Positions 21,193 to 32,764 of a stretch of DNA of 64,000 nt are shown here, piece by piece. Every line of letters begins with the position of its first letter. Position 1 is the stretch's first letter. Source of the stretch: Anaerolineae bacterium (GTDB lineage Bacteria > Chloroflexota > Anaerolineae > B4-G1 > SLSP01); assembly GCA_034435555.1 (NCBI GenBank), contig DAOTXC010000120.1, positions 3,132-67,131 on the forward strand. Reading direction: 5' to 3'. Made by a program: the position numbers and the translations under genes. The notes below the pieces were generated by a model. The model searched no databases, was not told the DNA's origin, and was given only the letters and a program-made list of their open reading frames with translations.

Positions 21193-21483
21193 TCACGATC
21201 CCTTTTTCAAGAGTTGTTGCAACAAGTCACCCAGGTCAGATTCCATCACGATCCCCGGCGTGCCCTGGAAGTTGATGGTGAGGTTCTCGATGACGACGGA
21301 CGCCCCACCTTCGATACCCTCCAACGGAATTCGAGCGGTGATCGGTTGCGACGCGGGTGGTGGCGGCGCTTCAGGTTCGCGCACGGGAGGCGGCGTAACC
21401 TGCGGCGGCGCTTCCAGCGGTGGGTCGGATTGAGCAACGGGTTCGGCTTGCCTGCCTCCGGCCCGGAGGGGCGCTACCACCAC
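21193..21483 (-). CDS. Hypothetical Pro-rich protein (uncertain)
   Basis: Third consecutive minus-strand ORF upstream of the ComEA-like gene. Low complexity, no motif. Confidence 0.25.
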   Translation of the reverse strand: MVVAPLRAGGRQAEPVAQSDPPLEAPPQVTPPPVREPEAPPPPASQPITARIPLEGIEGGASVVIENLTINFQGTPGIVMESDLGDLLQQLLKKGS

Positions 21484-21658
21484 GATCTCGTTCCGCTAGG
21501 GATAGCGGCAAGTCACAAGGGATATTTCGCGTCTGGCGTGCAACTTTCACGCTGTAATTCCGTAATACACTTACAGAGAATGTGACTCATTCGCGCCACG
21601 TGCGCTACGTAAGTGATTTTTGGATTTGCTGATTTGCAGATTTTTACGGAGGTGTATG

Positions 21659-21880
21659 ATGATTGACACGAGTAAAATTCATTGGCTGTTGTGGCCGTTT
21701 GCCGCGCTGTGGAACCTGCTCTGCTGGATTCTGCAGGTGACCGGACGCCTGATCGCAGCAATTTTGGGGCTGGTCATCTTCATCGTCGGGATTGTGCTGA
21801 CGCTGACCGTGATTGGCGCGATTGTGGGCATCCCGCTGGCGATCTTCGGCCTGTTGCTGATGGTGCGGGCGATCTTCTAG
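21659..21880 (+). CDS. Small hydrophobic membrane protein (two TM), hypothetical
   Basis: 74 aa. GGAGG lies 6 nt before the ATG at 21659. The track ORF begins at a TTG inside the GATTT repeat element and is probably too long. Confidence 0.5.
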   Translation: MIDTSKIHWLLWPFAALWNLLCWILQVTGRLIAAILGLVIFIVGIVLTLTVIGAIVGIPLAIFGLLLMVRAIF

Positions 21881-21958
21881 ACCAAAGCACAGAAACCACA
21901 AAAAAGCGTGGGGCGCGTCCATTTTCAGGACGCGCCCCACGTTATCGCCAGGACAGCG

Positions 21959-24547
<2,589 letters not shown>

Positions 24548-24652
24548 CCCCCCTCAAAAATCAGTAAAATCGCCATGCTACTTTCATTCTAACCGATTCA
24601 CATTAGAAGCCCATTAACGCCATATAAGAAGCATCTTTGCGCCGGGCAGATG

Positions 24653-24680
24653 TTGACCAAACCGGGGAACAGGCTATAAT
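24653..24680 (+). promoter_or_regulatory. sigma70-like promoter candidate TTGACC-N16-TATAAT for the TPR gene
   Basis: Read directly. It implies use of the second ATG (24702) as start, given the SD AAAGGA at 24688-93. Confidence 0.3.
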
Positions 24681-24695
24681 CCGCTCAGAAAGGAT

Positions 24696-25235
24696 ATGAG
24701 CATGGAGATTATTCCGGCCAACAGCCCGACATTTGAAATCGTCCACATCAACGCCCAACGCTGCGATTGCGGAGGGCGTTATCAGATTCACGGCCAACAG
24801 TTGTTAGAAGTTGATGGGAATCCTATTGACCGCATCCGCACCAGCTGCGAGCGGTGCGAGGAAGAACGGGCCTTTTTCTTCGCTGTGCGGGGAGAGGCCG
24901 CTGACGACCACTTCGAGCGGACGGAAGCGAGCCTGCGCGCGGCACTGGATGCCATCCACGCGCAGGATTGGCCACTGGCAGAGGCGCAATTGCGCCAGGC
25001 GCTCGATCCGCAGCATGGCGAGCCGGCCTTCTGCTGGGCGCACTATCATCTGGGGATGGTGCTCCTGGCCCAGCAGCGGCCCGCCGAGGCGCTGGCCTTC
25101 CTCCGCCAGGCGGCGCTCCTCAGCCCCAACGAGGCGGAATTTTACCGGGGACTGGCAAAGGCATTGACCCTCACCGGAGAGCCGGAGCTCGCCGCCGATG
25201 TGCAAGCCACTTACAAAGCTTTACAGACCTTATAA
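24696..25235 (+). CDS. TPR-repeat protein
   Basis: C-terminal TPR-like helices (WAHYHLGMVLLAQQRPAEALAFLRQAALLSPNEAEFYRGLAKAL). The start may be 24702. Confidence 0.5.
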   Translation: MSMEIIPANSPTFEIVHINAQRCDCGGRYQIHGQQLLEVDGNPIDRIRTSCERCEEERAFFFAVRGEAADDHFERTEASLRAALDAIHAQDWPLAEAQLRQALDPQHGEPAFCWAHYHLGMVLLAQQRPAEALAFLRQAALLSPNEAEFYRGLAKALTLTGEPELAADVQATYKALQTL

Positions 25236-25252
25236 CGCAAAAGGAGTTATCC

Positions 25253-26413
25253 ATGACCGGCAAACTCACCCTCACGCCCGTGACCACACCCGCAGAGCGC
25301 GAAGAATTTATCCGCTTTCAGTGGGAGATCTATCGTAACGACCCCGACTGGGTTCCGCCGCTCCTCTCCGAGCGACGGGAGTTTATGGACCCGGCGCGCC
25401 ATCCCTTCCACGAACACGCCGAGGTACAGTCCTACATCGCGCGGCGCGATGGCCGCCCGGTGGGCCGCATCAGCGCCATCATCAACCACCGCCACAACGA
25501 GCACTGGAACGAGCGCGTGGGCTTCTTCGGCCTCTACGAGGTCGTCGAGGGCGAGCACGAGGCCTCCAAGGCGCTCCTGGCCGCCGCCGAGGACTACGTC
25601 CGCGACGCCGGGATGACGGCGATCCGCGGGCCAATGAACTTCTCGACCAACGAGGAGATCGGCCTGCTGGTGGAGGGATGGAACGGCCCCCCCGTGGTGA
25701 TGATGACCTACAACCCGCGCTATTACGTGGAGTACATCGAGGCCGCCGGTTACGCTAAAGCCATGGATGTGTTCGCCTACCTCGCCGACCTGCGCAACCT
25801 GCGTGAGGATGGCACGGGCATGAATCCCAGGCTGCTGCGCGTGGCCCAGAAGGTGCAGGAACGGTACAACTTCACCGTGCGCCCCATCAACATGCGCAAC
25901 TTCGATGAGGAAAAACAGCGTGTCAAGCAGGTCTACAACGCCGCCTGGGCCAAAAACTGGGGCTTCGTGCCGCTCACCGTACATGAAATGGACCACCTGG
26001 GCGAGGCCATCAAGACGATGATTGACCCCAAGACCGTCTTCTTCGCCGAGAAAGATGGTGAGCCGATTGCCTTTATGATCCCCTTCCTGGATCTGTGCCA
26101 ACCGCTGCTCAAAGCCTATCCGCGGCCCGGCGTTCCCGAATGGTGGACGCTGCTCAAGTTGGGCTATTGGTGGAAGGTGCGCAAGAATGTGACCCGGCTG
26201 CGCGCCGCCGTCGGCGGGATCATCGAGGAGTATCGCGGGCGCGGCGTGGATGCGGTGCTTTTTATGGAGACGCTCAAGGCCGGCATCCGTGGCGGGTACG
26301 AGGAATTCGAGATCTCCTGGGTTTTGGAAAACAACATCCCAATGCGCCAAACGGCGGAGAACTTCGGCGGGGAGCAGTACCGCACCTACCGCATCTACGA
26401 AAAGAGCTTGTAA
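25253..26413 (+). CDS. GNAT-fold acyltransferase-like protein (about 386 aa, hypothetical)
   Basis: AAGGAG 6 nt before the ATG at 25253. FQWEIYRNDPDWVPP N-terminal motif seen in a widespread family of GNAT/FemAB-fold proteins. Function unknown. Confidence 0.55.
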   Translation: MTGKLTLTPVTTPAEREEFIRFQWEIYRNDPDWVPPLLSERREFMDPARHPFHEHAEVQSYIARRDGRPVGRISAIINHRHNEHWNERVGFFGLYEVVEGEHEASKALLAAAEDYVRDAGMTAIRGPMNFSTNEEIGLLVEGWNGPPVVMMTYNPRYYVEYIEAAGYAKAMDVFAYLADLRNLREDGTGMNPRLLRVAQKVQERYNFTVRPINMRNFDEEKQRVKQVYNAAWAKNWGFVPLTVHEMDHLGEAIKTMIDPKTVFFAEKDGEPIAFMIPFLDLCQPLLKAYPRPGVPEWWTLLKLGYWWKVRKNVTRLRAAVGGIIEEYRGRGVDAVLFMETLKAGIRGGYEEFEISWVLENNIPMRQTAENFGGEQYRTYRIYEKSL

Positions 26414-26416
26414 TCC

Positions 26417-27715
26417 TTGACCCGAAAGGACGGCAACGCAGAGCGTAACGCCACCCTCAAGCTGCTGGCCCAGAACCCGGATTTTCTGCGCCTGTGGCTA
26501 GGGCAATTGCTCTCACAGATTGGCGATCGGGCCTTTCTGATCGCTACGCTCCAGCTGGTGAACCAGATGAGCGATTCGGTGACGGCGCTCCTGATTCCTG
26601 CGCTGGCGTTCGCCCTGCCGCAGGTGCTCTTCGGGCTGGTGGGCGGGGTGATGGCCGACCGCTGGAACCGCAAGCACACGATGATAATCTCCGAAGTTAC
26701 CCGTGGGTTGATCGTGCTGAGCCTGCTAACCATCCAGTATCACCGCCAACTCTGGATTCTCTACCTGGGCGTGGCGGCATTGGCCTTCGTGGGAGTCTTC
26801 TTCTACCCGGCGCGTAACGCGCTGCTCCCCAACATCGTCTCTGTAGGCGATCTCTGGAGCGCCAATACGCTCATTCAAGGCAGCGCCATGATCGCGATGG
26901 TCTTCGGGCCGGCGCTGGCGGGGATCGCGGTGGGCCTTTGGGGGGTGGGCTTCGCCTTCATCTTCGACGCCGTCACGTTCTTCCTCTCGGCGACCGCAAT
27001 TGCTTCGTTACAATCAAGCGGCCAGGTCGCACTTGTGGAGGGCGCCCAGCCGCGCTCCAACCTGCGCCAGGAGATGCACGATGGCCTCAAGTACATCATG
27101 GGCCACCAACTGCTCAAGCGCGTACTCGCGCTCATTGCCATGGCGACGTTGGGGATCGCCTCGATTGTGCTGCTGTCGGTGCGGCATCTGGATGAGGCGC
27201 TGGGCGTGGGCGCGACCGGCTACGGCTTCACGCTGACGGTGCTCGGCATCGGCGCGCTGCTCGGCGGACTGAGCGCCAGCCGGCTCAATCGCGTGCTGAA
27301 GGTGCGCCCGCTGGTCAGCGTCATGTTGCTCATCGCGGGCGTGGCGATCATCGGCTTTGCTTACGCGCCGACCTACGCCATCGTGCTGGTCTGCGTCGCG
27401 CTGTTGGGGATGAGCGTTGTAACCGCGCGCGGCGCGCTGGATACGATCACACAGGTGCTCGCGCCTGACGAGATGCGCGGGCGCGTCCAGGCCGCGGTGA
27501 ATCTGATCATCAGCGCAGCCACCGCCCTCGCGGAGGGGATGTCCGCGCTGTTGGGCGATCTCTTGGGGCTGCGGGTTGTCTTCACCGGCGCGGGGATTAT
27601 CACCTTACTGGCCGGGTTCGCGGGTTGGCGGATTTTGCGCGCTTTCAGCGCCGCTCCCCAACACGGACGCGCTGAAGAAAGCACGGCCATCGCTTCCCCA
27701 AAAAGCAGGGCGTGA
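26417..27715 (+). CDS. MFS transporter
   Basis: 12 predicted TM segments. MFS motif-A-like GxxxDRWNRK. TTG start 4 nt after the preceding stop. Confidence 0.75.
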   Translation: MTRKDGNAERNATLKLLAQNPDFLRLWLGQLLSQIGDRAFLIATLQLVNQMSDSVTALLIPALAFALPQVLFGLVGGVMADRWNRKHTMIISEVTRGLIVLSLLTIQYHRQLWILYLGVAALAFVGVFFYPARNALLPNIVSVGDLWSANTLIQGSAMIAMVFGPALAGIAVGLWGVGFAFIFDAVTFFLSATAIASLQSSGQVALVEGAQPRSNLRQEMHDGLKYIMGHQLLKRVLALIAMATLGIASIVLLSVRHLDEALGVGATGYGFTLTVLGIGALLGGLSASRLNRVLKVRPLVSVMLLIAGVAIIGFAYAPTYAIVLVCVALLGMSVVTARGALDTITQVLAPDEMRGRVQAAVNLIISAATALAEGMSALLGDLLGLRVVFTGAGIITLLAGFAGWRILRAFSAAPQHGRAEESTAIASPKSRA

Positions 27716-27753
27716 CCTCGCGGTCACGCCCTGAAAACTGGCTCGGTGAGCGG

Positions 27754-28566
27754 TTAGTACTTGCGCACGATGGCGCGGTACGCGCCCGGCTGCCGCGCCA
27801 GAATGATCTGGCTGTCCTCGCGCACCTGCCGCACCTCGTCCATATCCAGCCGCACCATGACGTAGCCTTCCTCCGGCTCCTCGAGGGCAGCGAGCACCTC
27901 GCCACGGGGGCTGAGCACCGCGCTCTGCCCGGCGAAGGTGTACGAGGGTTCCTCGCCGATGCGGTTGGCCGCCGCGACAAAGACGCCGTTTTCGTAGGCG
28001 CGGGAGACCAGCAGCGTGCGCCACATATCGGACTCCTGGGCCTGCCAGGCCGCCGGCACAACCAGCACCTCCGCGCCCTCAAGGACCAGATTGCGCGCAA
28101 CCTCCGGGAAGGCGAGGTCCCATCCCAGCACCACACCGATGACGCCCACTTCGGTCTCGATGGGAGCGATTTTGTAGCCGGGGCGGAAGACCAACCGCTC
28201 CTCCGCCGGGAGGTGAACCTTGCGGTAGGTGCCCACGGGCGCACCATCCGGCCCAATCAGGACCGCGCTGTTGTACAACACCGTCTCAACCTTCTCCTTC
28301 TCCGCCATCCCGATGAGGACGTAGATACCGAATTCGCTGGCGTGTTGCCCCAGGATGTTGGTCACAGCGCCGGGGACCCGCTGCGCAAATTGCGAGAAGC
28401 GCGAGCCGCCCTCGCAACCGGTCACGGAGAGTTCGGGGAAGACGATCAGATCCACGGCTTGCTGCGTGGCGATGTTGGCGATCATGTCGGCCATTTTGCC
28501 GACATTGGCCTCCAGTTTGCCCAACTGGGGTTCCATCTGGACAACGGCAATGTTCAATTGACGCAT
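27754..28566 (-). CDS. Carbon-nitrogen hydrolase (nitrilase superfamily)
   Basis: Catalytic triad context: FPEL (Glu), RK (Lys), LGWDLAFPE (the catalytic Cys position is replaced, checked by alignment only). 270 aa. Confidence 0.8.
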   Translation of the reverse strand: MRQLNIAVVQMEPQLGKLEANVGKMADMIANIATQQAVDLIVFPELSVTGCEGGSRFSQFAQRVPGAVTNILGQHASEFGIYVLIGMAEKEKVETVLYNSAVLIGPDGAPVGTYRKVHLPAEERLVFRPGYKIAPIETEVGVIGVVLGWDLAFPEVARNLVLEGAEVLVVPAAWQAQESDMWRTLLVSRAYENGVFVAAANRIGEEPSYTFAGQSAVLSPRGEVLAALEEPEEGYVMVRLDMDEVRQVREDSQIILARQPGAYRAIVRKY

Positions 28567-28576
28567 AGTTTTATCT

Positions 28577-28611
28577 CCTTGAAAATCTGAAAATCAGCAA
28601 ATCTAAAAATC
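28577..28611 (-). promoter_or_regulatory. Leader element: four tandem 8-nt GATTTNNN repeats abutting the SD of the CN-hydrolase gene
   Basis: mRNA sense: GATTTTTA GATTTGCT GATTTTCA GATTTTCA AGGAG ATAAAACT AUG. A near-identical element lies at 21614-21646. Confidence 0.5.
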
Positions 28612-28663
28612 GCCAGAATGTGCTTCTATTTAGGTTGGCTACGCTCTAAAACAGGCTACAGAT

Positions 28664-29608
28664 TTAAGAGCTTTTGGGGCGGGTCAAGTAGCGCAAGATG
28701 CCCTGCAGATCCGCCGGGAGCTGTGATTCGACAGGCTGTATGGTCGCCGTCTCTGGATGGGGAAATTCCAACCGGCTGAGATGCAAAAAGAGACGGTAGT
28801 CGAGCAACGGCTGAAAGCGGGAGCCGTACCAGCGGTCGCCGACGACGGGATAGCCATACCAGGCCAGGTGCGCCCGGATTTGGTGGCGACGCGATCCCTC
28901 CGGCGTGACCTCCAGCAGGGAGTAAGTGCGCGTCTGATCCCTGTAGCGTCGCAGGACGCGGTACGCGGTGCGGGCAGGGCGTCCCTCCCGCGCGATGATA
29001 GTGCGCCCGCGTTCGTGCGAGGCGCTGCCCAGTGGAGCCTCGATGACCTCCGTGCCGCTGGCCTCCCCTTCGACCAACACTGAGAAGCGCCGGATCACCC
29101 GCTGGCGTTTGACCTCCCGTTGCAGCGTGCGGTAGGCGGCCTTGGTGCGCGCCACGAGCACCAGCCCGGAGCTCTCCGCATCAAGCTGTTGCACGATGCC
29201 CGCCCGTTCCGCCCCGCCGACATGCGCGAGATCAGGAGCATATTCGTACAACTGCTGGGCCAACGTGGGCACGTCACGGTGTCGCCGCGAGGGATAGATC
29301 GGCAGGCAGGCGGGCTTATCCACCACCAACACGACCTCGTCAGCGTAGACGATAGCCAGGTCGGGAATCAGCGATGGCGGTTGCACCCCTACGACGTTTT
29401 CCGACGCGGCCTCTGGCACGGCGACATCGAGCAGATCGCCTATCTCCACGTACTGCCCGGCCTTGCGCGCCGGTTGTCCATTGACCAGAACCGCGCCCTC
29501 TTGGATCAACTGCCGGATCTCCAGGCGGCCCAGGTCCGGCCACGCCTCGAGCAACGCCTGATCAAGACGCTGCCCCTGCGTCACCTGTACGTGAGAACGA
29601 TCAGACAT
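28664..29608 (-). CDS. RluA-family 23S rRNA pseudouridine synthase (RluD-like, with S4 domain)
   Basis: N-terminal S4 (RLDQALLE ... EIRQLIQEGAVLVNGQP). Catalytic HRLDxxTSG-like motif (YVDKPACLPI ... RTKAAY). Confidence 0.85.
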   Translation of the reverse strand: MSDRSHVQVTQGQRLDQALLEAWPDLGRLEIRQLIQEGAVLVNGQPARKAGQYVEIGDLLDVAVPEAASENVVGVQPPSLIPDLAIVYADEVVLVVDKPACLPIYPSRRHRDVPTLAQQLYEYAPDLAHVGGAERAGIVQQLDAESSGLVLVARTKAAYRTLQREVKRQRVIRRFSVLVEGEASGTEVIEAPLGSASHERGRTIIAREGRPARTAYRVLRRYRDQTRTYSLLEVTPEGSRRHQIRAHLAWYGYPVVGDRWYGSRFQPLLDYRLFLHLSRLEFPHPETATIQPVESQLPADLQGILRYLTRPKSS

Positions 29609-30137
29609 CGGCGGAGCACTCCTGCTGTGACAATTTCTGCTGCTGCACCTCTCGCCGCTGCTCCAGGTAGGTCGCCAGGATCAACAGGGCAACGCCCACC
29701 ACGATGGCAGAATCGGCCAGATTGAAAATAGGGAAGTTATGAAAGGGCCAAAAATTGGCATCCAAAAAGTCAATGACCGCCCCGCCATGTTGCAGGCGAT
29801 CCACGAGATTGCCCAAAGCTCCGCCCACCTGCAAACCCAGGGCCAGATGCATCAGCCAGTCATCCACGGGCAGGGTCCGGTAGAAGAAGAAGATCAGCAT
29901 CACCACCAATACAGCCAACATGACAAACAATCCGCTCAGTTGAGGGAAGAGGCCAAAGGCCGCGCCGGTATTTTTAACGTAAGTGAAGGAAAGGATCGGG
30001 CGCAACCAGGGGATTACATCAACGGGGACCTGCTCAGGCAGTGTCGTCACTACCCAGTACTTTGATAGTTGATCGGCAGCCAGGACTACCGCCGCGCCTC
30101 CCAGTAACAGGAGACGACTGCGGAGCGCAACCCTCAT
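29601..30137 (-). CDS. lspA: Lipoprotein signal peptidase (signal peptidase II)
   Basis: FLDANFWPFHNFPIFNLADSAI conserved LspA block. 4 TM segments. 178 aa. Confidence 0.9.
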   Translation of the reverse strand: MRVALRSRLLLLGGAAVVLAADQLSKYWVVTTLPEQVPVDVIPWLRPILSFTYVKNTGAAFGLFPQLSGLFVMLAVLVVMLIFFFYRTLPVDDWLMHLALGLQVGGALGNLVDRLQHGGAVIDFLDANFWPFHNFPIFNLADSAIVVGVALLILATYLEQRREVQQQKLSQQECSADV

Positions 30138-30481
30138 CGCTTACCTTCGATGCGCGTCTGGCAGCGAACACAATGGCGTGCAGCGGGCATCGCTTCCAGA
30201 CGAGCGATCTCAATAGCGCCACCGCAGGATTCGCAAAGGCCGTAGGTGCCCTCCCCGAATTTCTGAAGCGCGCGCTGCACATCATCCAAGGAGCGGGCCA
30301 ACTGCCGCCGCAGGGAGACGTCGCGCGCCTGCTCGAAGACCTCGCTGCCCGCATCGGCCATGTGATTGCTATAGCCTACCCCTTCCTCGCGCACCTCATT
30401 GGTGATGGTCTCAAGTTGCTCTTCCAACTCGGGCGCCAATTCCAGAAGTCGTTGGTGTAGTTCATCGTAAGTTAACGGCAT
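30134..30481 (-). CDS. DksA/TraR-family C4 zinc-finger protein
   Basis: CESCGGAIEIARLEAMPAARHCVRCQ C4 finger preceded by a coiled-coil region. Overlaps the lspA start by 4 nt. Confidence 0.8.
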   Translation of the reverse strand: MPLTYDELHQRLLELAPELEEQLETITNEVREEGVGYSNHMADAGSEVFEQARDVSLRRQLARSLDDVQRALQKFGEGTYGLCESCGGAIEIARLEAMPAARHCVRCQTRIEGKR

Positions 30482-30685
30482 ATCTGATCTCTCTATCTCA
30501 CGTTATGATCCTCTGCATTTTACCCGGCTTTACAAAAAAGACAAGGGTTTGTTACAGCAGCGTTCTTGTAACGGCGCTGTAATACCACTTTGCGGAAATT
30601 TAGGCTATAATAAAAAGTGGGCGAAGAAAGATGGGCCACAACTTGTCCCATCACCACTTACTATTTCTGAGAGGAGGTTATACCC

Positions 30686-31141
30686 ATGAAACTGAGACTT
30701 GGCCTGCTGGTACTCTTCCTGTTGGCGCTGCTCGCGCCCACGCCCGTCCTTGCAAATGGCGGCGCGGTGAATTGCAACAATGTGCAGGGAACCCACATCG
30801 TGCGCACGGGCGAGACGCTCTACTCCATCGGACGCGCCTATGCGACCAACCCCTTCGCAATTGCCACCTGCAACGGCATCGCCAATCCTAATCGTCTGGC
30901 GATTGGAACCGCGCTGGCGATCCCGGTCGCGCCCTGGTCGCCTGTGCCGCCCGGCCCAACGGCCATCCGGCAATTTGGCGATCCCTCACCGACCTGTCGC
31001 TACCATCACACCGTGCTCTATGGCGAGACGCTGATCGCCATTGGCCTGCGGTACAATGTGAGTATCTGGGACATCGCCGCCGCGAACAACATCTACAACC
31101 TCAACCTGATTTACGCCGGGCGCGTGCTCTGCATCCCTTAG
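30686..31141 (+). CDS. Secreted protein with two LysM domains
   Basis: Signal peptide. Two LysM-like blocks (GETLYSIGRAYATNPFAIATCNGI ... GETLIAIGLRYNVSIWDIAAANNI). GAGGAGG lies 8 nt before the ATG. Confidence 0.75.
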   Translation: MKLRLGLLVLFLLALLAPTPVLANGGAVNCNNVQGTHIVRTGETLYSIGRAYATNPFAIATCNGIANPNRLAIGTALAIPVAPWSPVPPGPTAIRQFGDPSPTCRYHHTVLYGETLIAIGLRYNVSIWDIAAANNIYNLNLIYAGRVLCIP

Positions 31142-31142
31142 A

Positions 31143-32633
31143 TCACGGGAAGGTATAGTGATAGAGATCAACTCTGTGGAAGTGCGCCTCATCTACCAAC
31201 GTCCCGTGGATGTCAAGCCAGTTCTTCACCAACTCACGCTCATCCCATAGCACGACCTCGGAATAGACCAGCCACAGTTCACGCGCATCAGCGGTGAGCG
31301 CGCGTAGCTGTGTGTCAACGTAGCCTGCCCCTACCTCGTAGCCGCCCTCGGGCGTGCGCCAATTGGTGAAGGGGGCGGCAACGGCGGTCGCGGGGAGCTC
31401 CGGCGCGTAGTAGTCAATCATCCGCTGATTGTAGGGGATCTGGTACAGCAGCAAGGTCGGCGCGGAGGTGACATCCACCAGATAAGCCGCAGCCTCACGA
31501 AACTGCGGCTTGATGGGTTGCGCTGCCTGCCGCGCCAGGTTCACGCCGGAGATGAGCAACAACACTGCGATCAGCAGCGGCATCGCCGCACGCGCCAGAC
31601 CTTTGAACGTATCTAGCCCCACCGCGATCAACACTAGAAACGCCGGCAGCGACCAGATGAGATAGCGGTCGGTGAACAGGGGGCCGCGCAGCACAGAGAC
31701 CGTCCAGACGCCCAACAGCGGCAACGTGAGCCAGACCCACAACGCCGCCAGCCGTCGAGGTGCGCGAAGCAATAAGGTCAGCGCGCCCAACAAAGCCACG
31801 CCTGCGTACAGCGCCATCGCCCACACGCCCCCCCACCCTGTGATGCCGGTGCTCCAACCGTTGAGCAACACTACGATCATCTGCCTCAACGTGTAATTCG
31901 GGTAGCCGGTCTCTGCCTGCACCTGCATCAACAGGGGAAACTGCCAGAGCAACAGCGGTACATAGGGGAGCGTCAGCAACGCCAGCACGACGCCCCCGCG
32001 CATCCAGGAGCCAGGCGCACGCCGGGGATGCAGCAGGAACCAGAGCGCCAACACAGGGATCAGCAGCGCCGCCAGGATGTGGCTGTAGAAGGCCAGCGTG
32101 GTCGCCACGAGGACGCCCCACCACCAGCGCCACGCCATCTCGACGCAGGCGCGTTCCAGGGCGTAGCAGGCCAGCAGCGCCAACAACGTCATCCAGGCGT
32201 ACATCTTGGCATCTTGCGCGTACCAGACGAGATAGGGCGCAAAGGTCAAGAGCGTAGCTGTCAAGAGGCCAGCATCACGCCCCAGCAAGCGTCGGCTCAA
32301 GCAGTATCCCACCGGAATGGAGAGGACGCCGCACAGGAGCGCGAAGTAGCGCAACGCGAAGGCGGTCTCTCCCGTGAGGGCAATCCAACCGCGCAACAAC
32401 AGAAAGTAAAACGGACCATTCCAGCCGGGCCGGGTGAAATTTTCCGCCAGTTGCTCCAAGGGCGCTTGGGCAAAGAGCAGTGCGTCCACCTCGTCGCGCC
32501 ATAGCCCTTGCGCATCCAGGGTCAAAGCGCGCACGGCAAAGCCCAGCCAGAGCAACATCAAAAGCGCCAGCAGGCCCCAATCCTGGCGGGATATTCGACG
32601 CTGTTTATCGTGATGTTCTAGTATTGCAATCAT
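31143..32633 (-). CDS. GT39/ArnT-like membrane glycosyltransferase (PMT/ArnT fold), hypothetical
   Basis: 496 aa. More than 10 TM segments. N-terminal DE-containing loop (LWRDEVDALLFAQ) as in the GT-C family. No further specificity can be called. Confidence 0.55.
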   Translation of the reverse strand: MIAILEHHDKQRRISRQDWGLLALLMLLWLGFAVRALTLDAQGLWRDEVDALLFAQAPLEQLAENFTRPGWNGPFYFLLLRGWIALTGETAFALRYFALLCGVLSIPVGYCLSRRLLGRDAGLLTATLLTFAPYLVWYAQDAKMYAWMTLLALLACYALERACVEMAWRWWWGVLVATTLAFYSHILAALLIPVLALWFLLHPRRAPGSWMRGGVVLALLTLPYVPLLLWQFPLLMQVQAETGYPNYTLRQMIVVLLNGWSTGITGWGGVWAMALYAGVALLGALTLLLRAPRRLAALWVWLTLPLLGVWTVSVLRGPLFTDRYLIWSLPAFLVLIAVGLDTFKGLARAAMPLLIAVLLLISGVNLARQAAQPIKPQFREAAAYLVDVTSAPTLLLYQIPYNQRMIDYYAPELPATAVAAPFTNWRTPEGGYEVGAGYVDTQLRALTADARELWLVYSEVVLWDERELVKNWLDIHGTLVDEAHFHRVDLYHYTFP

Positions 32634-32694
32634 CTTCCGGTTAGACTATAGTATCAAATGGGGATTTTGGCAATTCGAGCAAACAAATCCGCCT

Positions 32695-32722
32695 TTGGAT
32701 TTCGCTGTCCCTATGCTACAAT
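32695..32722 (+). promoter_or_regulatory. sigma70-like promoter TTGGAT-N16-TACAAT upstream of the ferredoxin-AOR operon
   Basis: Read directly. About 40-nt leader with AAGGGAGAGAG SD before the ATG at 32765. Confidence 0.35.
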
Positions 32723-32764
32723 AGTAGCACAGGTTACACTCAAGATTCGGAAGGGAGAGAGATT

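Noticed and set aside
21557-21617. CACTTAC ... GTAAGTG inverted repeat and CACGTG box upstream of the 21614 GATTT array
   Set aside because: Short (7 bp) with a 47-nt spacer. Could be chance. No second copy found.
24548-24660. CIRCE or HAIR heat-shock operator upstream of clpB
   Set aside because: Neither TTAGCACTC-N9-GAGTGCTAA nor CTTGAGT-N7-ACTCAAG is present on either strand.
30551-30580. Overlapping short inverted repeats GTTACA/TGTAAC and ACAGC/GCTGT in the dksA-LysM divergent region
   Set aside because: Only 5-6 bp arms. No recognisable promoter hexamers aligned with them.
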